This document shows positions 51,216-62,524 of a stretch of 64,000 nt of DNA, in pieces. Both the position numbers and the translations under genes were made by a program. How positions within the stretch are numbered: the stretch's first letter is position 1; each line of letters starts with the position of its first letter. The stretch is taken from the NCBI GenBank assembly GCA_904063045.1, contig CAJFCJ010000006.1, forward strand, positions 4,356,408 through 4,420,407. The letters run 5' to 3'. The DNA is from Dimorphilus gyrociliatus. Taxonomy: Eukaryota > Animalia > Annelida. The notes under the pieces were generated by a model. The model saw only the letters and a program-made list of their open reading frames with translations, made no database searches and was not told where the DNA came from.

Positions 51216-52459
51216 ATGGATTCCAAAGTTCTCGAAGAGGTAATGAAATAATTATTAGTATTTTTGTACTAGGCGACTACAGTGAACATTTGTACGTATA
51301 CAGATCGAACAAAAGGCCAAGATGAAAATTAACAAGCAGCACCTACGAAAACTCGTTACGGATCATTTAACGATGGCCTGTAAAAGCGCTTTGCCTGACG
51401 AAAGAATGTTTACGGTTGAAGCGCTTGTCGGAATAACCTTGTCATCGAAGGAAGTTATGCTAATTAACGTTAAAGAAAACGTTTCAAACCAACTGACCAA
51501 GAATGTCGCAAAAGACAAACGCAATATGTCTTCGTCGGTCGACGACGTGTCAGAGGCGCTTAAGAGGAAATTCGAACAGTACGTTTATTTATTCTCGGCC
51601 CCCCCAACTTAAAACAGACTTGGTTGTTTTTTCTTTCAGTGAACCGGCTAAAACGTCGTCGAAACGTAAATCGGACAAGATAAAGAGTGAACGATCTGGT
51701 TCACCAGTAGTTAAACGCTCTAGGGTATCTCTGCCGCCCCAGCACCGAATCAGGAATTCTTATGACCCCCCTGAATTGGATGCTTTAAGGAAATTAGCGA
51801 CACCTAATGAAGCTTTAACAGGATGGTATTCACAGGTTTTACCACAATCTTTGGTCCTACCTCCATTTCTTAATGGATCATTCCAGGTATGTTCTCTTTC
51901 TAGGATAAAGATATACTAGATAGCGATATCTAGTATATCTGTGTTTTTCCCCTCATTGTTGTTGTTTTGTTCTTTTGCAATGTCGGTCTAAAAAGAACCG
52001 AGACATTGTTAAACGTTGTGAAAACTTGTCTGAAACAAACCAGAATGCTGCCCGCCCTTCTCTCCAACATCCTATGTTCACCTCGAGGCAATATCCGGGT
52101 CTTTCAGAGGATGATTCTTCCCCAAGAAACCAGTCCCCGCAACCTGACGATGATAAATCAGCTGAAGCTTTGGATATGACAAAACCTGATGACTATGAAG
52201 AAACGGACGTGAATATGAATAAGACAACGCCATTGAAACTTTTGGCCCAAACCGTAATTGAACAGGTGATATTCCTTTCCATGACCCCTCCATACCGTCC
52301 TTTCACTGAAAAAATAGCGGTATGGAGGGTGAGTTACACTCCAGGAATTTTAATATTTTAATACGATTTATTTTGGTTTTCAAAAAAAAGACTACGCGAT
52401 CGAACGGCGGCGAAGAGATCAAGAGGAGTTCGTCATGCGAGCCGATTGTCAACAAGCAG
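51216..52459 (+). CDS. ZF gene B common 5' coding exons: unnamed N-terminal domain + linker
   Basis: Exons 51216-51239, 51304-51578, 51640-51886, 51996-52265, 52391-52459 join in frame; last donor CAG|GTGTGT is phase 0. Upstream non-coding exons suggested by donors at ~50842 and ~50954. Confidence 0.8.
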
Positions 52460-53892
52460 GTGTGTTCCTCGGCCTTTGCCGAAGCGATAATAGCTTTGGA
52501 CGCGAATTTTTGCAGTAAACAATAGGCAGGTGACTAATCTAGACATAAAAATAAAAAGAGAGCGATAAGTATTTATTATCTATCTATGACTGCAAAGATT
52601 CACGTTTAAACACGTTATCTGATTTTAGTGGCTATATGCATCGGCATGCAATATAGAGTAGCCGCTTGATTTGCTTTTCAAATTGGACTCGGCTGCATTA
52701 AAATTGCTATAGAATTTAACAATAGCGGCGGCTGGTGGCGGCGGTGGCGGCAGTTTTTTTTTACAAGAGAGAGCAGCAGCCTGCACCAATTTATACAGCA
52801 ATGGCCTATTTGACAGTGTGCAGCTGTAAAGATTGCTGAAGGGCGGGGCGAGATTTTCTTCTCTCTTGCAATCTATCTACGACTCTATCTCTCTTTTCCG
52901 TATTTATTTCTCTTTTATTCCTGCCTGCCACGCCGTCTGTCCCTCAGCAATTTTGTCAGTATAGGGGGCAAAGAGAGGGTAAAAATATTTAAATGAAGCA
53001 ATTACTGTTTAATATAGATAAAGTGTAATTTTTACCCTTCTTCCTTATTGTATATAACTTATATACAAAGAATCATAAATATCTCTTTGCCGCCCCTCTT
53101 TTTCTTTATCTGTATCACTCTCTATCTTTTATATATAGAGAGCGAACAAAAAGAAAAAGAGAAAAAAAATTCCAGCATGTCGGTGAAAGTGCGGTGGCCT
53201 GCGTTGCGTTCTATTCATTTCTCATTTTACAAAAGCATGCCTTCTCCCTTTACGGTTTTTTTTATTTATTGCGCATCTTGTGGACGTTTTTACGTTGTTC
53301 TTTTGTTCTCTCGAAATTCTTTAAACCTACATTGTTTTTATTATTATTTTCTTGTTTATTTATTTATTTATCTTTAGTTTCCTAACCATAACTCCTCACT
53401 ATTCTTCTTCTTCTCCCTTTCTCATTATTACTTTTTGTCGACCTTTGTTGTTGTTTTTGTTTGTTGTTTTTTACAACATTCGCATATGCAGTTGCGCATT
53501 TAACATTCCGCGTGTTTGTGGTATATATCCATATACATACTTGCGTACATGTATTGTATGTTTATTCAAAATATGTGTTTTACGTAAATACAAACACATC
53601 AATGTAGCGATATGCATACATAATAGGTACATGTTATATATGCATGCATTTAAATACATAAATATGTACAGTTATTGTGTATATATTTATACGCACATTT
53701 TCCTATCGCCTACATTTATATACATCTAAGCGTATAGAGAGACATATATATATATACATACAATGCCTAAACTATGCTGAATAGGAAAAGTGGAACAGAG
53801 AGCACGCGTAGCGTGCTGCTTTCGAACTTTGTACGCGACACATCAGTCACACTGCTGCATGCCTTGGCCCAGTGCCAGCGTCACTGCAAAAA

Positions 53893-53929
53893 GGGCGGGG
53901 TGTTTACGAGGGAAGGGAAAGGGACAGGG
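53893..53929 (+). other. G-quadruplex-forming motif in the long gene B intron
   Basis: GGGCGGGG...GGGAAGGGAAAGGGACAGGG fits G3N1-7 x4, with two extra G-runs just upstream. Confidence 0.55.
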
Positions 53930-54406
53930 TACGCGGTATATTAAAACTATTTGTGAAAGTAACTTGTTATTTATTATGACTCTTAGAATGGGCTGGAGGG
54001 TTAACGCTGTAAGAGTGGGTTTCAAATTTATTACGTTTGGCAATTAAAGAGGGCTATTCTGATTACATTTTGGAAAGTAGATCGGCGACATCTACAGGCC
54101 TACACAGACAAATCGGCCCACATGACTGAGAAGGGAGAAGAGGGTGTAGCGTTCGAAGGTTAGGGGTGTCGATGTTTCCCTCTATTTTTTTGCTGTTCTT
54201 TGCTTACATATTTTGCATGGCAGTGTGTTTATGGTCCGTAACCATACGGTGTTTATTTCATGCATAACTGATTACTCGACTGCACCTGTTGGATTGGCAG
54301 TGTTTCCTTTTCATTATATATTCCCCCCTCTTTATTTCTGCCTTTTTGTCGTACTGTACCCGCGCTGCGGGCTGGTTGTCTTTAAGGCGTTCGTTTTGTC
54401 GACCAG

Positions 54407-54637
54407 GTGCGTCCAGGATGTAGGAATGAGTTGAGTCGTCGACGACGTAACGTGCGATGTTCAGAATGCGGTCGGGTATTTTTTGATAACAATACTTTGA
54501 GGAGGCACGCTCTTATACATAAAGGAATCAAACCATTCAATTGTTCGAAATGCAGCAAAACTTTCCGACAAGCCGGCTGCTTACAACGCCACCTCGCCAC
54601 GCACAAAGATGTCAACAACGCTTCACGTAGATGCTAG
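54407..54637 (+). CDS. ZF cassette B1 (terminal exon, 2 C2H2 fingers)
   Basis: Acceptor CAG|GTG, phase 0; CSECGRVFFDNNTLRRHALIH-KGIKPF-NCSKCSKTFRQAGCLQRHLATH; own stop at 54637. Confidence 0.85.
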   Translation: MRPGCRNELSRRRRNVRCSECGRVFFDNNTLRRHALIHKGIKPFNCSKCSKTFRQAGCLQRHLATHKDVNNASRRC

Positions 54638-54776
54638 AAATAATAACTTCAAAAAAATGCAAAAAACTATAAACTATTAACCCTTCTCTTAAATAATCTA
54701 ACGCTTTCAATGTTAATTCGCATAAACTGAACCAAACGCAAACAAACCAAAAACAAACACTTGACCGTATATTTAG

Positions 54777-55241
54777 AATGAGAACGACAGCGAATCGGAA
54801 GGACTTTCGGGAGATTTGACAAACATTTGCCCTCAGTGTGGAGTTACTTTATCAACTAATACCGCCTTAAAACGGCACATGCTCATCCATGACGGCGTGA
54901 AACCCTACAATTGCACAATCTGCGAGAAGAAGTTCAGACAGAAAACGGACCTGCAGCGCCATCTTTGTACACATACTAAGAAGTATCCATTTAGCTGCCC
55001 GCTCTGTGATTTCAAGTGCGTTGCAAGACATTCATTAAAGGCTCATGGCAGAAACAAGCATAACATGCCGGATCTCCACTATCAGGTGGTTCCGGCTAGT
55101 TTGGATGAACTGGTACCAATGACTGATTATAATTTCGAAGCGGGGCAAATAAAGAAAGAGGATGATGAGGAAGAGTCTGTACTTCCATCTGATCAAATTG
55201 ACTCGAATCCGGAGACAGATTCGGCTCAACATCACATATGA
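54777..55241 (+). CDS. ZF cassette B2 (terminal exon, 3 C2H2 fingers + acidic tail)
   Basis: Acceptor TAG|AAT, phase 0; CPQC..HMLIH, CTIC..HLCTH, CPLC..HGRNKH; stop at 55241. Confidence 0.88.
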   Translation, partial: NENDSESEGLSGDLTNICPQCGVTLSTNTALKRHMLIHDGVKPYNCTICEKKFRQKTDLQRHLCTHTKKYPFSCPLCDFKCVARHSLKAHGRNKHNMPDLHYQVVPASLDELVPMTDYNFEAGQIKKEDDEEESVLPSDQIDSNPETDSAQHHI

Positions 55242-56578
55242 TACGGTTGATTATTTCTGAAGAAGGGATGGAAAAGGGGGAATAAGAGAATTATAGATCT
55301 GGTCAAGTTCCTTAGCCGTTAGTCTTATTATCTTTAAAATTATCTCAAGGTTTATTCACATTAAAAAAAAAATGTTTTACAAATTGACTTTGGCATAGTC
55401 ACCCTAAGTGCCTTGGTAAACTTTGCAAACAGTAAAAATTTGAAAAAAAATTTAGTGATAAAAAATTAGTATAATATGGCTGCAAATTATTATTTTTTTA
55501 ACGTTTTGTGATATATTATGTTTCATAAACAAATGTACATAATTGGTCGTAGTGATAAAACGTTATTCTGCACCTTACACGTGACTTTTCGCCATTTTCT
55601 CATTTACTTTTTAGACGTATGTTAATCCATCAGTTAGAAACGCTTGTTAACTTATGCAAATTGTGCAATATTCCTTCCAAAGTTACAGTTCTTTTACAAC
55701 TATGCATTTTTTTTGCGTGTTCATTTTAATCTGGATATAAATGATTCTATATACATAAAGAAAATACTTGTGAAATTGTATACCAACATGTATGCCTACT
55801 CGTATTCTTATTCCACATCAAATGATTATTCTTTGATTTTTGATTAATAAAAGTTATTGAAATATTAAAGTACACCATATTAAAAACTTTTCAATACTAC
55901 TCGCCATCTATTATCCAAAAAATTGACCGATAGATGGCATTTCATTACAATCTTAACCGTTTCGTTCCGTAAACCGCATGAGGTAAGTGGGTTGGTGTGT
56001 TTTTGTTCCATTTTCTCGTAACTTAAGCCTACTCGGCTACTGTTAATTAAATTAGCGATTAACTAAGATAACAAACTTTCGTAAGACTTGTTCAAAGCAA
56101 CTTTTTTATGTTTGATTCGTGATGAAAAATGACTTTTTTGACGGTAAACCAGAGCTACAAACTTTTCAAGATGGCGGCTCAAGTTGGCGCCTTCACAAAC
56201 GGGCCTTTGGCCGGTGACAAAGCAAACACTACTGACACGCTTTACTCAGTGCCAATTCTCTTTTAGTTTAAGTTTGTGATATATTTTGTGGCAAACATTA
56301 CTTTTCGACGCCATAAACAATATAACTTTTAGTTTGCTGAGCGGTCTGTCTCAATCACCTAAAATATATTGCGCAGGTAAACCATTCATCATTGTTCAGT
56401 TGGCCTTCTTTCTTACTCGCGTTTTGAATAAGTCTTGGCTTGTTTGCACGCAATAGGCGCCGAATAGGATTTGTTTATCGACGCAATTTTTTTCTCAGGC
56501 CTATATAGTGCTCAAGTTTACTTGTTCAATACGTATCTACATACTTGTTTGGCCTGTTATCTAGGTACACTCACGGCC

Positions 56579-58776
56579 ATGAAGAACATTCCGACAAATT
56601 CTTCTATACAAAGTTCTTTTATTGAACTTGTTCGAAAATTTTGCTCCAAGGTGTTTGCTGACGAGGACTGCCATGTCCAAGGTCTTCTAGCTTTTACCCT
56701 ACCAAAAGAAAGAGTAAGATTTCATTATTTCTAATGTATTTTAATTTGAATAACAAGCATCTTCTAATTGGTTTCAAAAATGTACTTCCTATAATTTTCT
56801 AGGTCGTTCTGGTAAATGTATCACAGGAGATAAAGAATTTACAGACTCCCGTATCGAACTTCTCCGATAAGATTCCGATTAGCAACATTACAAAAATCGA
56901 ACCTAAAACGATTAATCAACCGATTATCATTCATCCGATTCCCGTTTTGGACAGCCTATCCTCTTTACGTCTCCCAAGCTCATCATCTTCCAGCATATCA
57001 ACAAAATCCAAGTAGATACCTCAGTTTTTATGCGCCTAAAAATACTTATAGACCCTTGTAATTTTCTTAAGTGTTATCGACTCGATCCAACCTACCACAA
57101 ATTCTGTCAAGAATAGACGAAAAGGACAGCCTAAGAGACGAAAATCAAATGATTCACCGGCTGTGTTCGAAGTTCCATCACAAGTTCCTCTGCAAAGTAG
57201 TTACAATGCCAAAAGAACCAAAGTTGAGGCGGACAGCAATGCCATTGTGGTTGGTAGTGAAAGCGTTTCGTTTTATCAGTTGTTCCTAATCGGTAGTTCT
57301 GTTTGATTTTAGAGTAGAGAGAGTACTTCGGATTCAGATGGATGGGACAATATTGATTCAAGGAAGGAGGTAAGCATCATTTTACAACATTACAATTGGC
57401 AGAGGTGGTTAACTACTGTATAAAAATTCCCTTCCTTCCCTCAATCCCTTAAAAAATTTTTAATAATTCCAATAATTTCGCTTTTTAATATAACTTTTCT
57501 TTCTTTCACGCGAAACTGATAGAGTTATAAATCGAGGATATGGTAAGTCTCTAACAAGGAATGCTTAAGAAATATTAACTTATTCCTATATAATAACCGT
57601 TTTTATAATAAAAACTATATATATACAATATCTTTTTTATTACCATTTTGCATCTCTGTAAAAAAGTCTCACTGTAATCTCATCTATATATACTATATAT
57701 ACATATGCATGGTTTATTTTTTACTTACCCTTTACTTTTTATATATATATACATATATCAGTTATAATCAATATTTTGGTTCCTGCTTACTTATATTTTT
57801 TATTGAAACTATTATTCTAAAGCATGATCGAATAGAAGAATTTTGTAATTGTTTATAATTTGACGATGTTACTAACTAGAAGTCATAATACAGGTTTCCG
57901 TAGAAGATGAACTCTATAAGAAAATAACGAAAACAGACAGCAATAGCAATCTAATCGCTTGGCCGAGCCCACAAATCGACGAATCAGATGGGAGTTCGAC
58001 GTTGAATGATTCGAACACTGAATCAATATTTGCTCCATCTCCTAAAATGGAACCAATTCTAAATGAGAGAGGTAGTCGCGATCTTTGTCCCGGGGCATTT
58101 CCTAAATCAAATTTTTTTCATTAATATTGCATTCTTCCAGGCCGAGTGGAATGTCAAATTTGCCAGAAGGAATTATACGATAAATCGTCGTTAAATCATC
58201 ACATGTTGATTCATAAAGGTATAAAACCATTCAAGTGCCCCATTTGTCACACAACTTACAGACAAAAGATAACTATGCAGGTATAGTCCAAAGATTAAGA
58301 AAAAAGTCTATTATTTATAAAATAACATAAAAACAATACAGCGTCATATGGCTACTCATTTTAATGTGGATAAAAAAGCTTGCGAATTGTGCGGTTACAA
58401 GGACAAGTCCCAGAGAAAAGTGTTCATGCACCGGGTGAAAGAACATGGTCTTCCTATATCTGCAAATACATTTTCAGATCCAATGCCAGCAGATACGGCC
58501 ATGACCGTGCGACAAACGACATATCCAGTAGCAATGCCGGAAAAGTTATCCTTACAGATACGTTATCCAGACGGTAGACACGATATCGATATCACTATAC
58601 CAGATTACCCAGGTTCAGAAGAAATGCGTAACAAGTTTGCAGAAAAAGAGTCCCAGGCAGATGAAAGTGATCCAGAACAGATGGTCATTGATTTAAAAAA
58701 TTCAGATCGCACACCACCAGCAAGGGTTCCCATACGCATGCAAACTAGATCAGGAGAGAAAAAAAGCACTGGGTAA
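56579..58776 (+). CDS. ZF gene C: divergent copy of the N-terminal domain + linker + 3 C2H2 fingers
   Basis: Exons 56579-56713, 56803-~57011, ~57071-57250, 57313-57370, 57894-~58071, 58141-58280, ~58342-58776; CQICQKELYDKSSLNHHMLIH-KGIKPF-KCPIC..RHMATH, CELC..HRVKEH. Confidence 0.82.
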
Positions 58777-59401
58777 AAAATAATTTCAAAAGAAAACATT
58801 GATGAAAAGAGGAAAACAAGAAAAATAGAAAAAAATATATTTTTTTAAAATAACTTTTGTTTTGCAAAGGAAGTTTAAGAATTGCATTATATTTTTTAAG
58901 AGTTTCTTTTGCTCATATACTTCGTTTCTTTACAACTTTTTTTGGCGCCGTATTATGTTGATTTCTACATTCCAATTTTATTTTAACAACATTCCCAGAT
59001 TACATTAAGTATATGCATTTGATTTTTTTGCATTCGATGTATCTGATTCGTGCGTGTCGTAACAGATGTTTTCAGTTTTGCTTATTATTTTTTTTGCATG
59101 TATTGTATGTACTGTCAATAAAGAGGTCGTACCATAGATAATATATTATAGATATTCGATTTTTTTGTAATGCCCTTTGATGAATGTGTTGCATACAAAT
59201 AACGTAAGCAAAAACAGATTTGTTTGTCAGGCGAACGATAAAGCTGGTTCTCAAACTTTTTAAGAGCGAATTAAAGCAGACATGTCTATGCTCATATATT
59301 ACCATGATCATTTGAAACAAAAAAAAAAAAATGCAGTAAAATTTTTAGGAATGCAGAAATATTTAGGCTCACAACGTGAAAGACAGAAATTGAAAAAAAA
59401 T

Positions 59402-60292
59402 TCACTCTACAGCAGACTGGAATACATGTTTTTCATGATGCTGTAAAGCATGCTTTCGTAATTGAATCTTCTGACGAAAAGACGCATAACAAACGCTGCA
59501 GATATATGGCTTTATACCACGATGAACTAACATATGTCGATTTAAAGTTGATTTGTCGTACAACGTTCGAAAACAGATCGGACATTGGCGAACTTTGGTC
59601 GGATCCGCTGGTTTTGCAGGCGTTCTCCCTCGCCTTGTTGGTTCAACGTTTATTTGAGGGAACCATAAGCCGGCATCCAGTGAAAAATTTGGCGGGAAAA
59701 CATCAGTTTCCGGTTCCTTTTTTGAATTTTCTTCTTCGATGTCAATTTTTCGATCGGTATTAATAGAGCGTTGTGTTCGGAGTTTATGGCAGATGGAAAA
59801 CTTTGTAGTATTAGCTAAAGGCGTATCGGTTTCTGCCTAGAAACAAACATTAATGGGGTGAAATAGATGGCGCTTTGACATTCCAATAACTATACGAATT
59901 TTAGAATATATCTAACAGTTCTCTGTAATTACATTTAATTAGACGGCGGCGGTGGCATTTTTAATTAAAGCCTATTCCCTAATTAATTATAGCCAAAGAC
60001 CATTGTTTTTTTTATATATACATACATTTTCCACATCTAAATCAGTCGATTCGAATTCGTTTGGCGGGAGAACATTTGGCTTCTTAATAATTCTTTTAGG
60101 ATGCGAGCTTTTCCTTCTGCAAACAAACCGATCGATGAAAGATGGAATCAGTAAAACGTACAGAGAAAAAAGCTTAAACGCCTACAAAACGCTTGTCCAT
60201 AAATCGATAAAATATAAAATCGCAATTTTCTTGTATTCCAAAGAATGACAACTCACCTCTTCGTTCCTGGCATCTTCAAATATTGTATTCAT
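59402..60292 (-). CDS. ZF cassette D3 (59836-59402, 2 C2H2 fingers) with optional 12-codon leader exon 60292-60257
   Basis: Missing from ORF track. Acceptor CTAG|GCA, phase 0, 435 bp open: CPICFRTLYDKSTLNRHMLVH-RGIKPY-ICSVCYASFRQKIQLRKHALQHH. Leader MNTIFEDARNEE|GTGAGT is phase 0. Confidence 0.85.
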
Positions 60293-60869
60293 GTGATTGG
60301 AGTGTCGGTTAATTAATCATAAGTGTCATTTTAAAATTGACTTCATTTAAATATTTTGTTCTTTTTCGTTATAAGAAATTCAGCCCTGGTGTTTTACAAC
60401 AGAATCTATCCAACGATTATAAATATATATGACAAAATTTTAATTAGCAAGTAATACTAATGAAACAAAAGCGAAACTGAGTTAATCCTTGTTTAGCATA
60501 ATTGACTAGGGCGCCTCTGCGCCAACATTTTCTACACCGTTAGATAATCGATTCGAAGGCAGCGAATCGAATACTGCACAAATTTTCTCGAGCTGCAATT
60601 CGCGCCAGTTTTTGAATATAATTTGACTTTATTTTCTGTATTTTATTGTTAAAATTTACGACTAGTAAACACTTGGCACAACGAAGAAAATAAAAATAGC
60701 GCAAAAAATAAAATGATAAAAAATCAGAAAGGAAAGAACACAGCAGCTCTTTTTAAAGGGTCAACAGCTTAGTAATGCCTTTTAAAACTTATAAATAATC
60801 GGGAATGCATCAATCATAGAAAAATCAGAATAGCACGACACGAAGGAGAAATTAATTGGAAAATGTTTT

Positions 60870-61251
60870 TCATTCTGAATCTTCAGCAGTATCCTCGGCA
60901 AAATTGGCCGAAACTATGTAAGAAGAACGTGACTTGGACGCTCGTGGAACGTAATCCGTAAATATACCGTGATATCTTCTTAAGTGACGTCGTAGACTAC
61001 TTTTCTGCGTGAAATGTTGAGAACAATGCGGACATTGGTACGGTCGTTCGCCTGGGCGTTGGTTTAATTATAACTATTATTAGAATTAACAATTTTAAAT
61101 AAAGAGTTATACGCCTACCAGTGTGAACTCGGTAATGAACCACTAGCTTCGAATGTGCGTCCCAAGATTTTTCACAAACTGGACAAATTGTTACAGAAGG
61201 ATCGTCTGGCAGTGGGGGAACGGTGTCTTCTTCGACGGATCTCCGTCTTCT
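60870..61251 (-). CDS. ZF cassette D2 (exons 61251-61119 and 61051-60870, 2 C2H2 fingers)
   Basis: Missing from ORF track. Acceptor TTTTACAG|AGA, phase 0; [63 protein letters not shown]...EDSE*. Confidence 0.85.
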
Positions 61252-62524
61252 CTGTAAAAAAGAACACAGTAATTTTACAATTAAGCAAACATGATAAGCC
61301 TATCAGAGTACGAATTGACGTCAATCAGGGCGTGGTATGAAAAAAAAAGTAGACAGACTAGATTCGGTTTGAAAAAGTCATAACGATCACAAACTGATTA
61401 CTGAAGCTTTCATTTTCAAAAAGGAACCATCTAACCAATGACTCACCCCAAACCCAATGAATATAGAATTTGTCTGTAAATGATTTTTAACCGTTCGGTT
61501 AATAAGACAAACAAGAGGCACATGAGCGACCTTTGAACACGTTTTTTATTCGTTTTTTTCAATTGACGTAATTATACGTGACAAACAATTTTACAAACAA
61601 CTACCCTATGCACAAAGCACCTTAACAACATCATGAACGCATTTGTGGGTTTTTCAAACACGCTATATACAATTAATTCTTTTTTTTACACAATTGAAAT
61701 TCTTTAAAACATTTCATTGAGCAATTTCAATTGTGTTTACAAAAAGAGAACATTCTCCTTTTTACATGAACGCGTCTCTCCTGAACGACACAATTTGTTT
61801 CTTTCATGGCAGAATAAACAAGAACAAAATACTGTTTTTGTCTTAATAAATCTATACACCAAAAAAAAGAAAAGTTATACATATAAATAATGTATATAGA
61901 CATGTATATAAGTATATAAATATATATATATATATATTTATATAAATATATATAATTAGTTTTCTGAACGCGCAGCTATCGATGTGAAAAACATTGTTTT
62001 TTTTTTGGCAGTCTGCTAAGAAATGTTTGAATACTGGAAACTTGGCACAAAAATTTTTACAGAAAAAACTACACTGATTTTTATACGTTAGGTTTTAAAA
62101 AGCACATTTACTCTTAAACACGCTCACAAACACGCAAAAAAGAAGTCGAATAATGTGTTTTTTTCGGTGCAGGTCTAAATTTTTTAACATGTTTTCACCG
62201 ACTTTTGTTTGTCATGTCACTTTTTGATACCGTTTTTAAATAAACTTTAAAAAAAATGAAAAAAAAAGGATAAAAGTTAACGTAAAACAATAAATTATGC
62301 ATGAAAAACTTTGAACGCTAAAACGAAAGGGAACGCATTGCAGTTTTAAAAAAAAATAAAAAGTTTTTCTTTTTAAACCCAAAAAAATCTAGCTAGAAAA
62401 GAGAAGGAAAAAATTGAACATGTCTTGAAGTCTTGGATTTTTTTTCTTGTACTTTCGTTTGATCTGCAAATGTAAAAAAAGAAAAAGATAATTGATGTGC
62501 AACTCTCCCCAAAATCAAAAAATT

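Noticed and set aside
53048-54434. Long F/Y/I/L-rich ORFs in the gene B intron (53048..53377, 53352..53729, 53790..54047, 54213..54434)
   Set aside because: They derive from T-rich and (AT)n low-complexity sequence, with no domain similarity or consistent exon chain.
2554-55235. Antisense or off-frame ORF-track entries such as 2554..2787, 2901..3212, 7378..7689, 22654..22887, 43492..43770, 46752..46979, 52078..52293, 55035..55235
   Set aside because: They lie inside well-supported genes on the other strand or frame and have shadow-ORF composition.
59506-59763. Plus-strand ORFs 59506..59763 and 61155..61340
   Set aside because: They are the antisense shadows of ZF cassettes D3 and D2.
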